Shown one piece after another: positions 17,098 through 26,253 of a DNA stretch of 64,000 nucleotides. The notes below the pieces were generated by a model. The model made no database searches. It was not told the origin of the DNA and saw only the letters and a program-made list of their open reading frames with translations. Every line of letters begins with the position of its first letter. Position 1 is the first letter of the stretch. Origin of the DNA: a bacterium (GTDB lineage Bacteria; Patescibacteriota; Minisyncoccia; UBA6257; WO2-44-18); assembly GCA_030646995.1 (NCBI GenBank), contig JAUSKF010000005.1, positions 11,323 to 75,322 on the forward strand, given 5' to 3'. Position numbers and translations under genes: made by a program.

Positions 17098-17712
17098 ATG
17101 ACCGCTCCAGTTTATACTGGAGCTATGTTGCACAGCTTAAGCGGTAAACTAGTCGGACGGAAGGATAATTTCGCAATTATCGAGGCGGCCGGCATCGGAT
17201 TCAAAGTTTTGTTTGCCGCTAAAACCGCCCAAAGTTTGCCACAAAATGGTTCAGATATCAAGATTTTTTGCTCTCTTTATAGCAAAGAGAATGCCCCGTT
17301 TGAATTGTTCGGATTTTTAAACGAACAAGAGTTGTATTTGTTTGAAAAATTAAACACAGTAGGCGGCATCGGACCCAAAACTGCTCTATCGGTGATGGGA
17401 GTCGCTCAAATTGATCAATTAATAGCGGCGATTAATGCAGGCAAGACGGAACTTTTGACCAAGGCCTCCGGCATCGGGAAGAAGACGGCCGAGCGGGTGA
17501 TTTTAGATTTGAAAGGCAAATTAGACGGCGGCAGTAAAGAAACTTCAGAGCAGAATTTGAATTTAATGGAATCTGACGTAGAACTCGAAGAAACTTTAAT
17601 TAGTCTTGGTTATACTCGTCCGCAGGCTAAGGCATCTCTTTCTAAAATAAACCCCGAGACCAAGGGTTTTAAAGAGCGGCTGAAAGAGGCGTTAAAAAAG
17701 GCCAAGTTATGA
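17098..17712 (+). CDS. ruvA: Holliday junction DNA helicase RuvA
   Basis: Domain I, HhH motifs (GIGPKTA, GIGKKTAERV) and C-terminal domain III. Confidence 0.85.
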   Translation: MTAPVYTGAMLHSLSGKLVGRKDNFAIIEAAGIGFKVLFAAKTAQSLPQNGSDIKIFCSLYSKENAPFELFGFLNEQELYLFEKLNTVGGIGPKTALSVMGVAQIDQLIAAINAGKTELLTKASGIGKKTAERVILDLKGKLDGGSKETSEQNLNLMESDVELEETLISLGYTRPQAKASLSKINPETKGFKERLKEALKKAKL

Positions 17713-18929
17713 GATTTTTTAAAAGTTTTTATCACTATCTACTAGCATGGGCTGGCGCCCTGATTTACGGCTTCCCCTCGAGGAAGATTTTCGTTTTGGG
17801 AGTCACGGGCACTAAGGGTAAGTCCACCACGCTTGAGTTAATAAATTCCATTTTAGAATCGGCCGGCAAAAAGACCGCGTTGGTTTCTTCTATTCGTTTT
17901 AAAGTAGACGGCGAAACAATAAAAAATACTTCCGGCATGTCTATGCCGGGCCGTTTTGCTTTGCAGAGAGTTCTTTGGAGGGCGGTGCGCGCCGGATGCC
18001 AGTATGCTTTGGTGGAGGTCACTTCGCAGGGAATTCTTCAGCATCGTCATAGATTTATTGATTTTGATGCGGCACTGTTTACCAATCTTCAGCCGGAGCA
18101 TATTGAGGCGCATGGTTCGTTTGAGAAATATCGGGACGCGAAGGTGAGTTTTTTTGAAGATGTGGCGGAATATTCAAAAAAATCGGAGAAGCATTTTTTT
18201 ATCAACGAAGGTGATAAATCCGCCGAGTATTTCGCTGCTTGCGCAGATGAAAATTCGGAGGTGGTCTATTTTAGCAGGGAAGCGTTCATTCGAAGGGAGT
18301 TGGGGGGTGGGCACGAATCTATCGGAGATTGGCTTTCCGGAAATTTTAATCTGGAAAATGCCGCCGCCGCCACAGCTTTCGTTTCTTCCCGAGGAATAGG
18401 ATGGGATGAAACAAAAAAAGTATTCCAGAATTTTAGCGGCGTGCCTGGGCGGCTGGAGTACGTGCAAAAAGCCCCCTTCTCGGTAGTGATTGATTACGCG
18501 CACACTCCCGATAGTTTAGCGAAGGTCTATGAGAGTTTATCCGTAGGGTTGAGCAGTAGAAATAAAATGATTTGCGTTTTGGGAGCGGCGGGCGGCGGGC
18601 GGGATAAATGGAAACGGCCGGCAATGGGCAAGATTGCTTCCGAATACTGCGGCGTAGTAGTGCTGACTAATGAAGATCCTTATGATGAAAACCCGGAATC
18701 AATCATCAATGAGATAGCAGGGGGTTTTTCCCGCGCCGATTTCGACAAAAAAGAATTTTTGAAGATTTTAGATCGCCGCGAGGCAATCGCTAAAGCAATT
18801 TCTTTTGCTAAGAAGGGTGATGTGGTCGTGATGACCGGAAAGGGAAGTGAGGATTGGATACACGTAGCGCGTGGGAAGAAGATTCCGTGGAGTGAAAAGA
18901 AGGTAGTTGAGGAAATTTTGCGGGGCTAG
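17709..18929 (+). CDS. Mur ligase family protein (MurE-like UDP-MurNAc-tripeptide synthetase, short form)
   Basis: GVTGTKGKSTT P-loop and DYAHTPDSL motif characteristic of MurE/Mur ligases. 406 aa. Confidence 0.6.
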   Translation: MRFFKSFYHYLLAWAGALIYGFPSRKIFVLGVTGTKGKSTTLELINSILESAGKKTALVSSIRFKVDGETIKNTSGMSMPGRFALQRVLWRAVRAGCQYALVEVTSQGILQHRHRFIDFDAALFTNLQPEHIEAHGSFEKYRDAKVSFFEDVAEYSKKSEKHFFINEGDKSAEYFAACADENSEVVYFSREAFIRRELGGGHESIGDWLSGNFNLENAAAATAFVSSRGIGWDETKKVFQNFSGVPGRLEYVQKAPFSVVIDYAHTPDSLAKVYESLSVGLSSRNKMICVLGAAGGGRDKWKRPAMGKIASEYCGVVVLTNEDPYDENPESIINEIAGGFSRADFDKKEFLKILDRREAIAKAISFAKKGDVVVMTGKGSEDWIHVARGKKIPWSEKKVVEEILRG

Positions 18930-19035
18930 CCCCGAGACCACGAGATTACTAAGTTATTCTTCGTGGTTTTTCGTGGTTGATTTTTATTAAAGTTTGTATT
19001 ATTGTTCCACTCGGTCCGACTTAGGAGATAGAGGA

Positions 19036-19296
19036 ATGTGTCATCGATGTGTTGAGGCTCGGGAGTCAAAGCGTGCCGCAAAGATCCGGGCGAAAAAAGA
19101 GAACCCTGGCAAGCTGAAGCTACTGCGAGAGACGTTTGCCTACTTAGTTCACCTTGCGGAGTTGAACAGGCGCGATATTGATGATCTGTTGCTGGTGGCG
19201 GGGAAGATTCGTACTCACAAGGATTTCGTGAAGCAGCTGGCCTCCATGACGATTGATCCGGAAAAGCACCACCATAGCAAAACTTCTGGCTTTTAG
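19036..19296 (+). CDS. Hypothetical small protein
   Basis: SD TAGGAGATAGAGG before ATG at 19036. Terminator AGCCCC-TTCG-GGGGCT plus T-run at about 19293-19320. Confidence 0.3.
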   Translation: MCHRCVEARESKRAAKIRAKKENPGKLKLLRETFAYLVHLAELNRRDIDDLLLVAGKIRTHKDFVKQLASMTIDPEKHHHSKTSGF

Positions 19297-19319
19297 CCCC
19301 TTCGGGGGCTTTTTGTTAT

Positions 19320-19958
19320 ATGTACCAGACTTATAGAACTTTTATAGAATGGTACGCGTACCAGACTTATAGAAATTTTGTGGAATGGTATAATCAGGCA
19401 ATGATTAGCCAATTTCTTGACGGTTTAGTATTTAAAATTCAGCAGAAGCGAATTCGTAAATATTTGAATGAGCAAAAATTAACTTCCGCATCAGTGTTGG
19501 ATTTGGGCTGCGGTTATGGTTGGTATTCCCAATTGTTTGACGGACATTACACGGGGATTGATAATGACGCTGATCGGTTAGCGGTGGCACGGAAGAAGTA
19601 TGCGGATAAGAACTTTTTGGAGATGTCGGCTGACACCTTGGCGTTTCCTGGCCAGAGTTTTGATTTGGTTGTTAGTTTTCTGGTTCTGCATCATCTAACG
19701 AGCGATCAGCTTGAGAAAGCCATCAAAGAAGTAAAAAGGGTTTTGAGGCCCGGCGGAAGGTTTTTGGTGCTTGATCTAGTGGTTCCAGATAGATTATCGG
19801 CTTTGGTCCGACCACTGATGTGGTTGGATAACGCGGAGCGTAGAAAATCTTCGCAGTTAGCTGATCTTTTCCAAAAGTCAGGATTTCAAATCACCGAACA
19901 GAGCGAGAAGAGCCGCGGAATTTTCTCCACCGCATTTTTTGCTACAATAAAATCATGA
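19320..19958 (+). CDS. Class I SAM-dependent methyltransferase
   Basis: Motif I VLDLGCGYGW and post-I acidic residue. The 5' end contains a 36-bp tandem repeat, so the true start may be the ATG at about 19400. Confidence 0.65.
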   Translation: MYQTYRTFIEWYAYQTYRNFVEWYNQAMISQFLDGLVFKIQQKRIRKYLNEQKLTSASVLDLGCGYGWYSQLFDGHYTGIDNDADRLAVARKKYADKNFLEMSADTLAFPGQSFDLVVSFLVLHHLTSDQLEKAIKEVKRVLRPGGRFLVLDLVVPDRLSALVRPLMWLDNAERRKSSQLADLFQKSGFQITEQSEKSRGIFSTAFFATIKS

Positions 19959-21304
19959 AACTTACTTTCCACGGCGCGACCAAGCAGGTTACCGGCTCCA
20001 ATTTTTTATTAGAATCTGATGGCCAGAAAATTTTAATTGATTGCGGTTTGAATCAAGGAGATAGCTTTGTTGAAAAACATAACTTCGAGCCATTTCCATA
20101 CAATGCGAAAGAAATTTCTGCTGTCTTGGTGACCCATCCGCACGTTGATCACGTTGGTCGGTTACCGAAGCTTTATAAAGATGGTTTTCGCGGGAAGGTT
20201 TATTCCACGCCGCCTTGCCGTGATGCCGCCCAGATACTACTCACCGACTCCGAGCATATTTTGATTCAGGAAGCCGAACGTTTTAAGCAGCCGGTAATTT
20301 ATGGCATTCGCGAAATTGAAGAGTTGATGACGCATTGGGAAGGAATTGAATATCATCAGCAGATTACTGTGGGTAATTTTAAAGCCACTTTTTATAACGC
20401 TGGTCACATTTTGGGCTCCAGTTTTATTTTAGTAGAGGCAGAGGGGAAGAGAATGATTTTTTCAGGAGACTTAGGGAACTCTCCGGCTCCGATGATCGGC
20501 AGGCGTGAGGATCCTCCGGCCGGCGTAGATTATTGTTTAGTTGAAGGGACTTATGGCAATCGGATCCATCCGCCGATGAGCGTTCGGAAAGGAATTCTAG
20601 AAGATATGATTGAAGACACAGTGAAGTCAGGTGGCGTCTTGATGATTCCGGCTTTCGCAATGGAGCGCACGCAAGAGTTGCTTTTTGAACTCAACGATTT
20701 AGTTGAGAGCGGCCGGATACCGAGCTTGCCGATTTTTGTGGATAGCCCGCTCGCTATTAAACTTACAGAGGTTTATAAAAAGCATTATAAATATTTTGAT
20801 GAAGATACTCAGAAAAAATTTCATTCCGGGGACGGTATATTTAATTTCCCGGGTTTGAAAATGACTTTAACTGTGGATGAATCGAAGGGGATTAACAAAG
20901 TTCCGGCACCGAAAGTGATTATCGCCGGGGCGGGCATGTCTAATGCCGGAAGAATTTTGCATCATGAAAAACTCTATCTTTCCGATCCGAACAGCACCAT
21001 ATTTATGGTTGGCTATCAGGCGGCGGGCTCATTAGGCCGAAAGATATTGGATGGTGAGAAAAAAGTGAAAGTTTTGGGAGAAGTAGTAAATGTGCGATGC
21101 AGGGTTGTGGTAGCAACTGCTTATTCTGCTCATGCCGACCAGCCCCAGCTTCTGGAGTGGCTCACACCTATGCGGGGAAAAATAAAAAAGGTTTTCGTGA
21201 TTCACTCCGAAGAGGAATCAGGCAAGGAATTAGTGCAAAAAATGAGAGATGAGTTGGCTATAGACGGAGAAGTGCCAGAGCCGAATTCTTCTGTTGAATT
21301 GTGA
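19955..21304 (+). CDS. MBL-fold metallo-hydrolase, beta-CASP RNA-metabolising family
   Basis: HPHVDHVG (HxHxDH) and downstream beta-CASP motifs. 449 aa. Confidence 0.7.
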   Translation: MKLTFHGATKQVTGSNFLLESDGQKILIDCGLNQGDSFVEKHNFEPFPYNAKEISAVLVTHPHVDHVGRLPKLYKDGFRGKVYSTPPCRDAAQILLTDSEHILIQEAERFKQPVIYGIREIEELMTHWEGIEYHQQITVGNFKATFYNAGHILGSSFILVEAEGKRMIFSGDLGNSPAPMIGRREDPPAGVDYCLVEGTYGNRIHPPMSVRKGILEDMIEDTVKSGGVLMIPAFAMERTQELLFELNDLVESGRIPSLPIFVDSPLAIKLTEVYKKHYKYFDEDTQKKFHSGDGIFNFPGLKMTLTVDESKGINKVPAPKVIIAGAGMSNAGRILHHEKLYLSDPNSTIFMVGYQAAGSLGRKILDGEKKVKVLGEVVNVRCRVVVATAYSAHADQPQLLEWLTPMRGKIKKVFVIHSEEESGKELVQKMRDELAIDGEVPEPNSSVEL

Positions 21305-21316
21305 TAATATTACCGT

Positions 21317-21904
21317 ATGGTCAGCCGTTTAAACCCTCGCCGGCATCTCAAATATAAAATTTGCGTCTCGGGAGCCGCCGAGACCGGGCATTGTGCTATT
21401 GATGCTTTAGAAAAGGCCGAGCAGATTGGTCGCGAGATTGCTAATGCCGGAATGGTTTTGGTGACCGGCGCGACCACCGGTATTCCATATTGGTCCGCCA
21501 AAGGTGCCAAAGAAGCGGGGGGGATAGTTATTGGGCTTTCTCCTGCCTCTTCCGAAGCCGCGCATATTAAATCCTACAAGCTTCCCACTGATTATCATGA
21601 TGTGATTGTGTATACCGGATTTGATTATTCAGGGCGCAATCTTTTATTGACCCGGTCTGCAGATGCGGTGATTACGATTTGCGGTCGCTTGGGAACGTTA
21701 AATGAATTCACAATCGCCTTTGAAGACCATAAGCCGATTGGCGTCTTGACGGGTACGGGTGGCATGGCGGATATGATTAAAGATATAGTGGATAAGTCGC
21801 ATCGGGGGCCGGGAAAGGTAATTTATGACCCCGACCCCAAGAGTTTAGTGGAGAAGCTTATCAAGATGATAGAAAAAGAGAAAGAAAATAATAAAAAAAT
21901 ATAA
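21317..21904 (+). CDS. LOG-family / TIGR00725-like Rossmann-fold protein
   Basis: VTGATTGIPY ... ICGRLGTLNEF pattern resembling LOG/YvdD PGGxGTxxE. 195 aa. Confidence 0.5.
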   Translation: MVSRLNPRRHLKYKICVSGAAETGHCAIDALEKAEQIGREIANAGMVLVTGATTGIPYWSAKGAKEAGGIVIGLSPASSEAAHIKSYKLPTDYHDVIVYTGFDYSGRNLLLTRSADAVITICGRLGTLNEFTIAFEDHKPIGVLTGTGGMADMIKDIVDKSHRGPGKVIYDPDPKSLVEKLIKMIEKEKENNKKI

Positions 21905-21906
21905 AT

Positions 21907-22221
21907 ATGAAAAAGAAAGCTGTGAAGAAATCTAAAAAAGTAGTAAAAAAACCGGCTAAGGCGGTAAAAAAGATTAAAGCAGCCAAGTCAATCGGTGTGG
22001 TCACGCATTTTTACGGGGGCATAAAGGTGGCTATTGTTAAATTTAAAAAGCCGATGAAACAGGGCTCGGTAATCAAAATTAAAGGAGCCACTACTGATTT
22101 CGAACAGACGATAAAATCTATGCAGTATGATCATAAAGATATTGCCGTGGCCAAAAAAGGGCAGGAAGTCGGAATGAAAGTGAATAAAAAAGTGCGCGAT
22201 GGAGACGAAATCTTTGAGTAA
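21907..22221 (+). CDS. Hypothetical small protein: Lys-rich N-terminal tail plus C-terminal beta-barrel resembling translation-factor domain 2
   Basis: KKxxKK repeats, then GSVIKIKGATTDF...GQEVGMKV...GDEIF. Confidence 0.35.
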   Translation: MKKKAVKKSKKVVKKPAKAVKKIKAAKSIGVVTHFYGGIKVAIVKFKKPMKQGSVIKIKGATTDFEQTIKSMQYDHKDIAVAKKGQEVGMKVNKKVRDGDEIFE

Positions 22222-22703
22222 TGATCGAGCAATTACTATCTTCTGAATATTTAGAGATCTTCGGCCAGATCGCCTTGGCGACCCTGCTGGGGGCGCTGAT
22301 TGGAGTTGAGCGGGAACTAGCCAAGAAAAACGCCGGTATGCGCACTTTTGCTTTAGTGGCTTCTGGCTCCGCTATGTTTAGTATTATTTCCCAATTAGCT
22401 TTTGAGAATTTTGTCGGCTCCAGCTTCGACCCTTCTCGTATCGCCTCTCAAGTAGTGGTGGGCATCGGCTTCATCGGCGCCGGTTCAATTCTTTCTTCTC
22501 AAAACAAAGTTCGCGGTCTGACTACTGCCGCCGGTCTATGGGTTTCGGCCGCTATCGGTATGGCAGTAGCCTACAAGCTTTATTCGGTCGCGATTTTCGG
22601 TACCTTTGTGACGATTTTTATCTTAGTTTTCCTTTGGACTATCGAGCAGAAATTAATTAAGAAAATGGGAAGTTTGGCCGCGCATGACGTGGACGAGGAT
22701 TAA
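22221..22703 (+). CDS. mgtC: MgtC/SapB family membrane protein
   Basis: GVERELAKKNAGMRTFALV motif. 160 aa with 4-5 TM segments. Confidence 0.75.
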   Translation: MIEQLLSSEYLEIFGQIALATLLGALIGVERELAKKNAGMRTFALVASGSAMFSIISQLAFENFVGSSFDPSRIASQVVVGIGFIGAGSILSSQNKVRGLTTAAGLWVSAAIGMAVAYKLYSVAIFGTFVTIFILVFLWTIEQKLIKKMGSLAAHDVDED

Positions 22704-23784
22704 GCAATTCTTTTTGCCGTTCGGCATATTGGCCGGCACGATTATCGGAGCCGGAGTTTTTTCCTTGCCTTATATTTTCCGGTTTTCCGGCATCAGCCTC
22801 GGGCTGATCTATCTAGTGATCGGGTCGGCGGCCTATATCGTGGTCTATCGGATGTACGCGGATATTGTGCGTGAAACCCCCGGCGACCACCGGTTCGTCG
22901 GATATAGCAGGATCTATCTGGGGAACCGGATTGGCTGGCTGGCCATACTGATGACGATTATTGAAAGTATCCTGGTACTTACTATCTATCTGGTTTTGTC
23001 GGAAAGTTTTGCCCATCTGCTTGTCCGCGCCGGCGCCGGAGTGGAGAAGATAATTATTTTCTGGTTTTTGGCGTCCGCGGCCATTTTATTGGGACTCAAA
23101 AAGATAGCGAAAATAGAACTGGCTATCACGTCCGGGATACTCGCCATTTTCGCCATTGTTTTTTTCTTCGGCGCTAAAAATATCGGGGCGCTTTCCGTTG
23201 TTGATATTGTTCCGGTTTGGGGAAATCTGTTCTGGCCATTGTCCGCGGTGCTATTCTCACTTTCCGGAAGGGTGGCCATCCCGGCAGTGGTTAAATTGGG
23301 TGGGCCAACGAACAAAGTAATTTTTTGGGGAGTTGCCGTTCCCGCTTTGGTTTACGGATTGTTCGCATTTAGCGTAATCGCTATTTCTCCAATCGTCACC
23401 GAAGACGCGGTCACCGGTTTGCGGGCGGGGATCCCTTACGCAGTTTCCTGGCTGGTAGGCGTGTTGGGAATTTTATCGCTGATCAGTTCTTACATTACGG
23501 TCGGGTATGATGTGGAAAAGAGTCTGGAATATGATCTCCGGACCCCTTATACTCTGCGCTTCGCGATGGTGATGTTTGGGCCCATTCTGCTTTATTTCGG
23601 AGGCCTGAAGGATTTTTTGTATCTGGTTGGTCTGACGGGAGGAATTTTCATAGCCCTGGAAAGTATTTTTATCGTTTGGATGTGGTTGAAAATGAAAGGC
23701 AGGAGAATGTCGGTGGGGGCGGCCGCTTTGATAGTTTTGTTTGCCGTGGCGCTTGGCTATGAGATACTTAAAGGACTACTTTAG
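22684..23784 (+). CDS. Amino acid permease-like membrane protein (HAAAP/APC-like)
   Basis: About 11 TM helices. GTIIGAGVFSLPY N-terminal motif. Confidence 0.5.
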   Translation: MTWTRIKQFFLPFGILAGTIIGAGVFSLPYIFRFSGISLGLIYLVIGSAAYIVVYRMYADIVRETPGDHRFVGYSRIYLGNRIGWLAILMTIIESILVLTIYLVLSESFAHLLVRAGAGVEKIIIFWFLASAAILLGLKKIAKIELAITSGILAIFAIVFFFGAKNIGALSVVDIVPVWGNLFWPLSAVLFSLSGRVAIPAVVKLGGPTNKVIFWGVAVPALVYGLFAFSVIAISPIVTEDAVTGLRAGIPYAVSWLVGVLGILSLISSYITVGYDVEKSLEYDLRTPYTLRFAMVMFGPILLYFGGLKDFLYLVGLTGGIFIALESIFIVWMWLKMKGRRMSVGAAALIVLFAVALGYEILKGLL

Positions 23785-23786
23785 GT

Positions 23787-24305
23787 ATGAAAAACTATAA
23801 CAACATCAAAGCCTCTCTTTCCCGAAGGGCCACTGAAGAATTTAAGGCTGTTGCCGGAGTAGTTTTGTGTAAAACTTGCGGAGCGGCGTATCACAAAAAA
23901 TCTTGGAGGCACGGAATTGAGAAATTTAATAAAGCGGAAACCGAGAGTATTTCGTCCGGGAAAAAAGATGTTCCTGTAAAATTTGCGCTTTGCCCAGCCT
24001 GTCAGATGATTAAAAATAGGCAGTACGAAGGGCGGATTACCATTAAAAATCTTCCTCAAGACTCAGAGCAATCACTGAAGGAATTGGTTGGGGGATTTGG
24101 GAAGCGCGCCTACGAACAGGACCCGATGCATCGCCTGATTGAGATGAAGAAAGATGGTAGTAATTGGGTTATTACTACCACCGAAAACGAGATGGCCAAT
24201 AAAATGGCTCACAAAATAAAGACTTCTTTCAGCCACGTAAAGTCCCGTACGCATTTTGCCGGCGATCCGAGCGATGTGGCAGAAATTACTATCGAATTTT
24301 CCTAA
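23787..24305 (+). CDS. Hypothetical zinc-ribbon protein (CKTC...CPAC)
   Basis: Two CxxC pairs. No further similarity recognised. Confidence 0.35.
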   Translation: MKNYNNIKASLSRRATEEFKAVAGVVLCKTCGAAYHKKSWRHGIEKFNKAETESISSGKKDVPVKFALCPACQMIKNRQYEGRITIKNLPQDSEQSLKELVGGFGKRAYEQDPMHRLIEMKKDGSNWVITTTENEMANKMAHKIKTSFSHVKSRTHFAGDPSDVAEITIEFS

Positions 24306-25698
24306 GTATTCATTTTATATATTCCTAGCCTCGATTCCATTTGGGGCGAGGGTTTTAGTCTATCAATTCACGACGGGTTTTGATGAATATGAAACAATCT
24401 TCGTTTATTTGAGCGATATTTTAATGGTTTTGTTCCTGGTTGTCGCGGCGCAACATTCTAACATTCTGCAGAATGTTAGAATGTGGGCCGGGGAGAACAA
24501 AGCTCTTGGCGTATTTTTATTTTTCGTATTCTTGTCGGTATTCTGGGCGCTATCCCGCGAGATAGCACTTTATAATTTTGTTCGATTGGTTCTGCTCGCG
24601 ACCACAGCATTGGTTACGGCAAAGCTATTGTACGCCGGAGGCGGATCATTCTCCGAAGGAAAAACCAGAATAGTGAAATTTGAGGGGATTCTAGCGGTAT
24701 TAGCCGCGTCGTCAGTCGTCCAGTCGTTAGTTGGGATTATCCAGTTCATTAAGCAGGAAGGTCTGGGTCTGGCGCGTCTGGGTGAGCCGCTGATCGGGCC
24801 GAATGTCGGAGGGGCGGCAAAAATTATCGCTGAAGGCGGGAAGATCCTGCGGGCTTATGGCACACTTCCTCATCCAAACGTGCTGGCGGCCTTTTTAGTA
24901 ATCGGGTTGCTGGCAATATATTATTTCTGGCTTTGTCGGCCGAGCGAACTGGCCCCGTTAGAGGCCGCGCCCGCGCTTGCGCGCCCGAAGGGCCTTAGGG
25001 GCGGGCTGCCTCTAACGGGGTGGAATACTTTAGTTAGTGATGTTTTCTTTGGAGTAGGAATTTTTATAATTATTTTAGGACTCACCCTCGCTTTCTCCCG
25101 CGCGGCTTGGATTGTAGCCGACCTCGCTACGCTGGCGGTTTTGCTCCACGCTTTTATCTCTAGGAAGAATTGGATTCAGGCGGTCCGGCTGACTATTTTG
25201 TTGGCGGCAATTACGGTTATTTTATTTTCAGGATTCAAAAATTTTATTTTACCCCGTGCCCAGATTAGCCCCAACGAACCGGCGGTCACACAGAGAATCG
25301 GCTACAACGATATTGCCCGAGGCCTGATAAAAGATAATTTGTTGGGAGTAGGCGTCGGCAATCAGGTTTTGTATTCAGTGAAAAATAATATATATCAGCA
25401 GGCTGGCATGAATCAGGCGTGGCAATGGCAGCCAATCCATAATATTTATTTATTAATGGCTTCGGAGATTGGAATTTTGGGGTTAATTGCCTTTTTATTG
25501 TTTACCGGCAAACTTCTGATTTCTGTTGCCCCAGTCGTCAGTCGTCAGTCGTCAGTCGTCCCGTTTATAATGCTTTGCTCTTTGCTGGCGCTGGGTTTAT
25601 TTGACCACTTCCTCTGGACTCTCCAGCCGGGGAGGTTAATGTTGTGGTTGACGATTGGGCTGGTGATGGGTTTGAATATCACAAGTAAGCGCTCATAG
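24256..25698 (+). CDS. O-antigen ligase/polymerase (Wzy/WaaL)-like polytopic membrane protein
   Basis: More than 10 TM helices and a large periplasmic loop. Start uncertain (overlaps previous ORF). 3' end overlaps tRNA-Arg. Contains a 7-bp x4 tandem repeat. Confidence 0.5.
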   Translation: MPAIRAMWQKLLSNFPKYSFYIFLASIPFGARVLVYQFTTGFDEYETIFVYLSDILMVLFLVVAAQHSNILQNVRMWAGENKALGVFLFFVFLSVFWALSREIALYNFVRLVLLATTALVTAKLLYAGGGSFSEGKTRIVKFEGILAVLAASSVVQSLVGIIQFIKQEGLGLARLGEPLIGPNVGGAAKIIAEGGKILRAYGTLPHPNVLAAFLVIGLLAIYYFWLCRPSELAPLEAAPALARPKGLRGGLPLTGWNTLVSDVFFGVGIFIIILGLTLAFSRAAWIVADLATLAVLLHAFISRKNWIQAVRLTILLAAITVILFSGFKNFILPRAQISPNEPAVTQRIGYNDIARGLIKDNLLGVGVGNQVLYSVKNNIYQQAGMNQAWQWQPIHNIYLLMASEIGILGLIAFLLFTGKLLISVAPVVSRQSSVVPFIMLCSLLALGLFDHFLWTLQPGRLMLWLTIGLVMGLNITSKRS

Positions 25699-25760
25699 CT
25701 CAATGGTTAGAGCACGGGCCTCCGAAGCTCGGGATTGTGGTTCGATTCCACATGAGCGCA
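25689..25760 (+). tRNA. tRNA-Arg (anticodon CCG)
   Basis: Cloverleaf folded by hand: acceptor GCGCTCA/TGAGCGC, D arm GCTC..GAGC, anticodon stem CGGGC/GCTCG with loop CTCCGAA, T arm TGTGG-TTCGATT-CCACA. CCA not encoded. Confidence 0.85.
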
Positions 25761-25803
25761 CAATTTGTTATGTTGTTAGCAGTTCTTTCGAAGGAGGATT
25801 GCC

Positions 25804-26178
25804 GTGGCCACCACAGAAATTCTAAAGGGTGTCGTGGATCAATGGTATGAAACCGGCTCGGAGGGGGTTTGTTGGGTTTTTTACAAAGACGGAAAGAAAT
25901 CTTGGGGGAAGGCGGTCGAGTTTCTTGAAGGAGGAGACCGACTGAAGATTTTCGGCGAGGACGGGAAGGCTGTTGTTTTTGATGGGAAAATCGTTCCGAA
26001 CTATCGGATTGGCTGGAAGAAGTATCCGATGAACCCAAAACATGGTCAGCCATGCGCCTTGGGCTATTGGATACATTGGACGCAAAAAGGCTGGAAGCCC
26101 GACGACTGGGCAAGATTGTTCATCAGGACTCAAAACCAGAAACCGTTCCGCGCGGAGTTAATTAAAAAAGCGACATAA
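25804..26178 (+). CDS. Hypothetical protein (G+C-rich orphan next to tRNA-Arg)
   Basis: SD GAAGGAGG before a GTG start. Terminator AGCCCCG-CCACAA-CGGGGCT plus T-run at about 26174-26205. Confidence 0.35.
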   Translation: MATTEILKGVVDQWYETGSEGVCWVFYKDGKKSWGKAVEFLEGGDRLKIFGEDGKAVVFDGKIVPNYRIGWKKYPMNPKHGQPCALGYWIHWTQKGWKPDDWARLFIRTQNQKPFRAELIKKAT

Positions 26179-26253
26179 GCCCCGCCACAACGGGGCTTTT
26201 TTATTCGGCGGGTTTTGTGATATAAAGTAAGCGTTCTTTAAAGGAGGTAAGAA

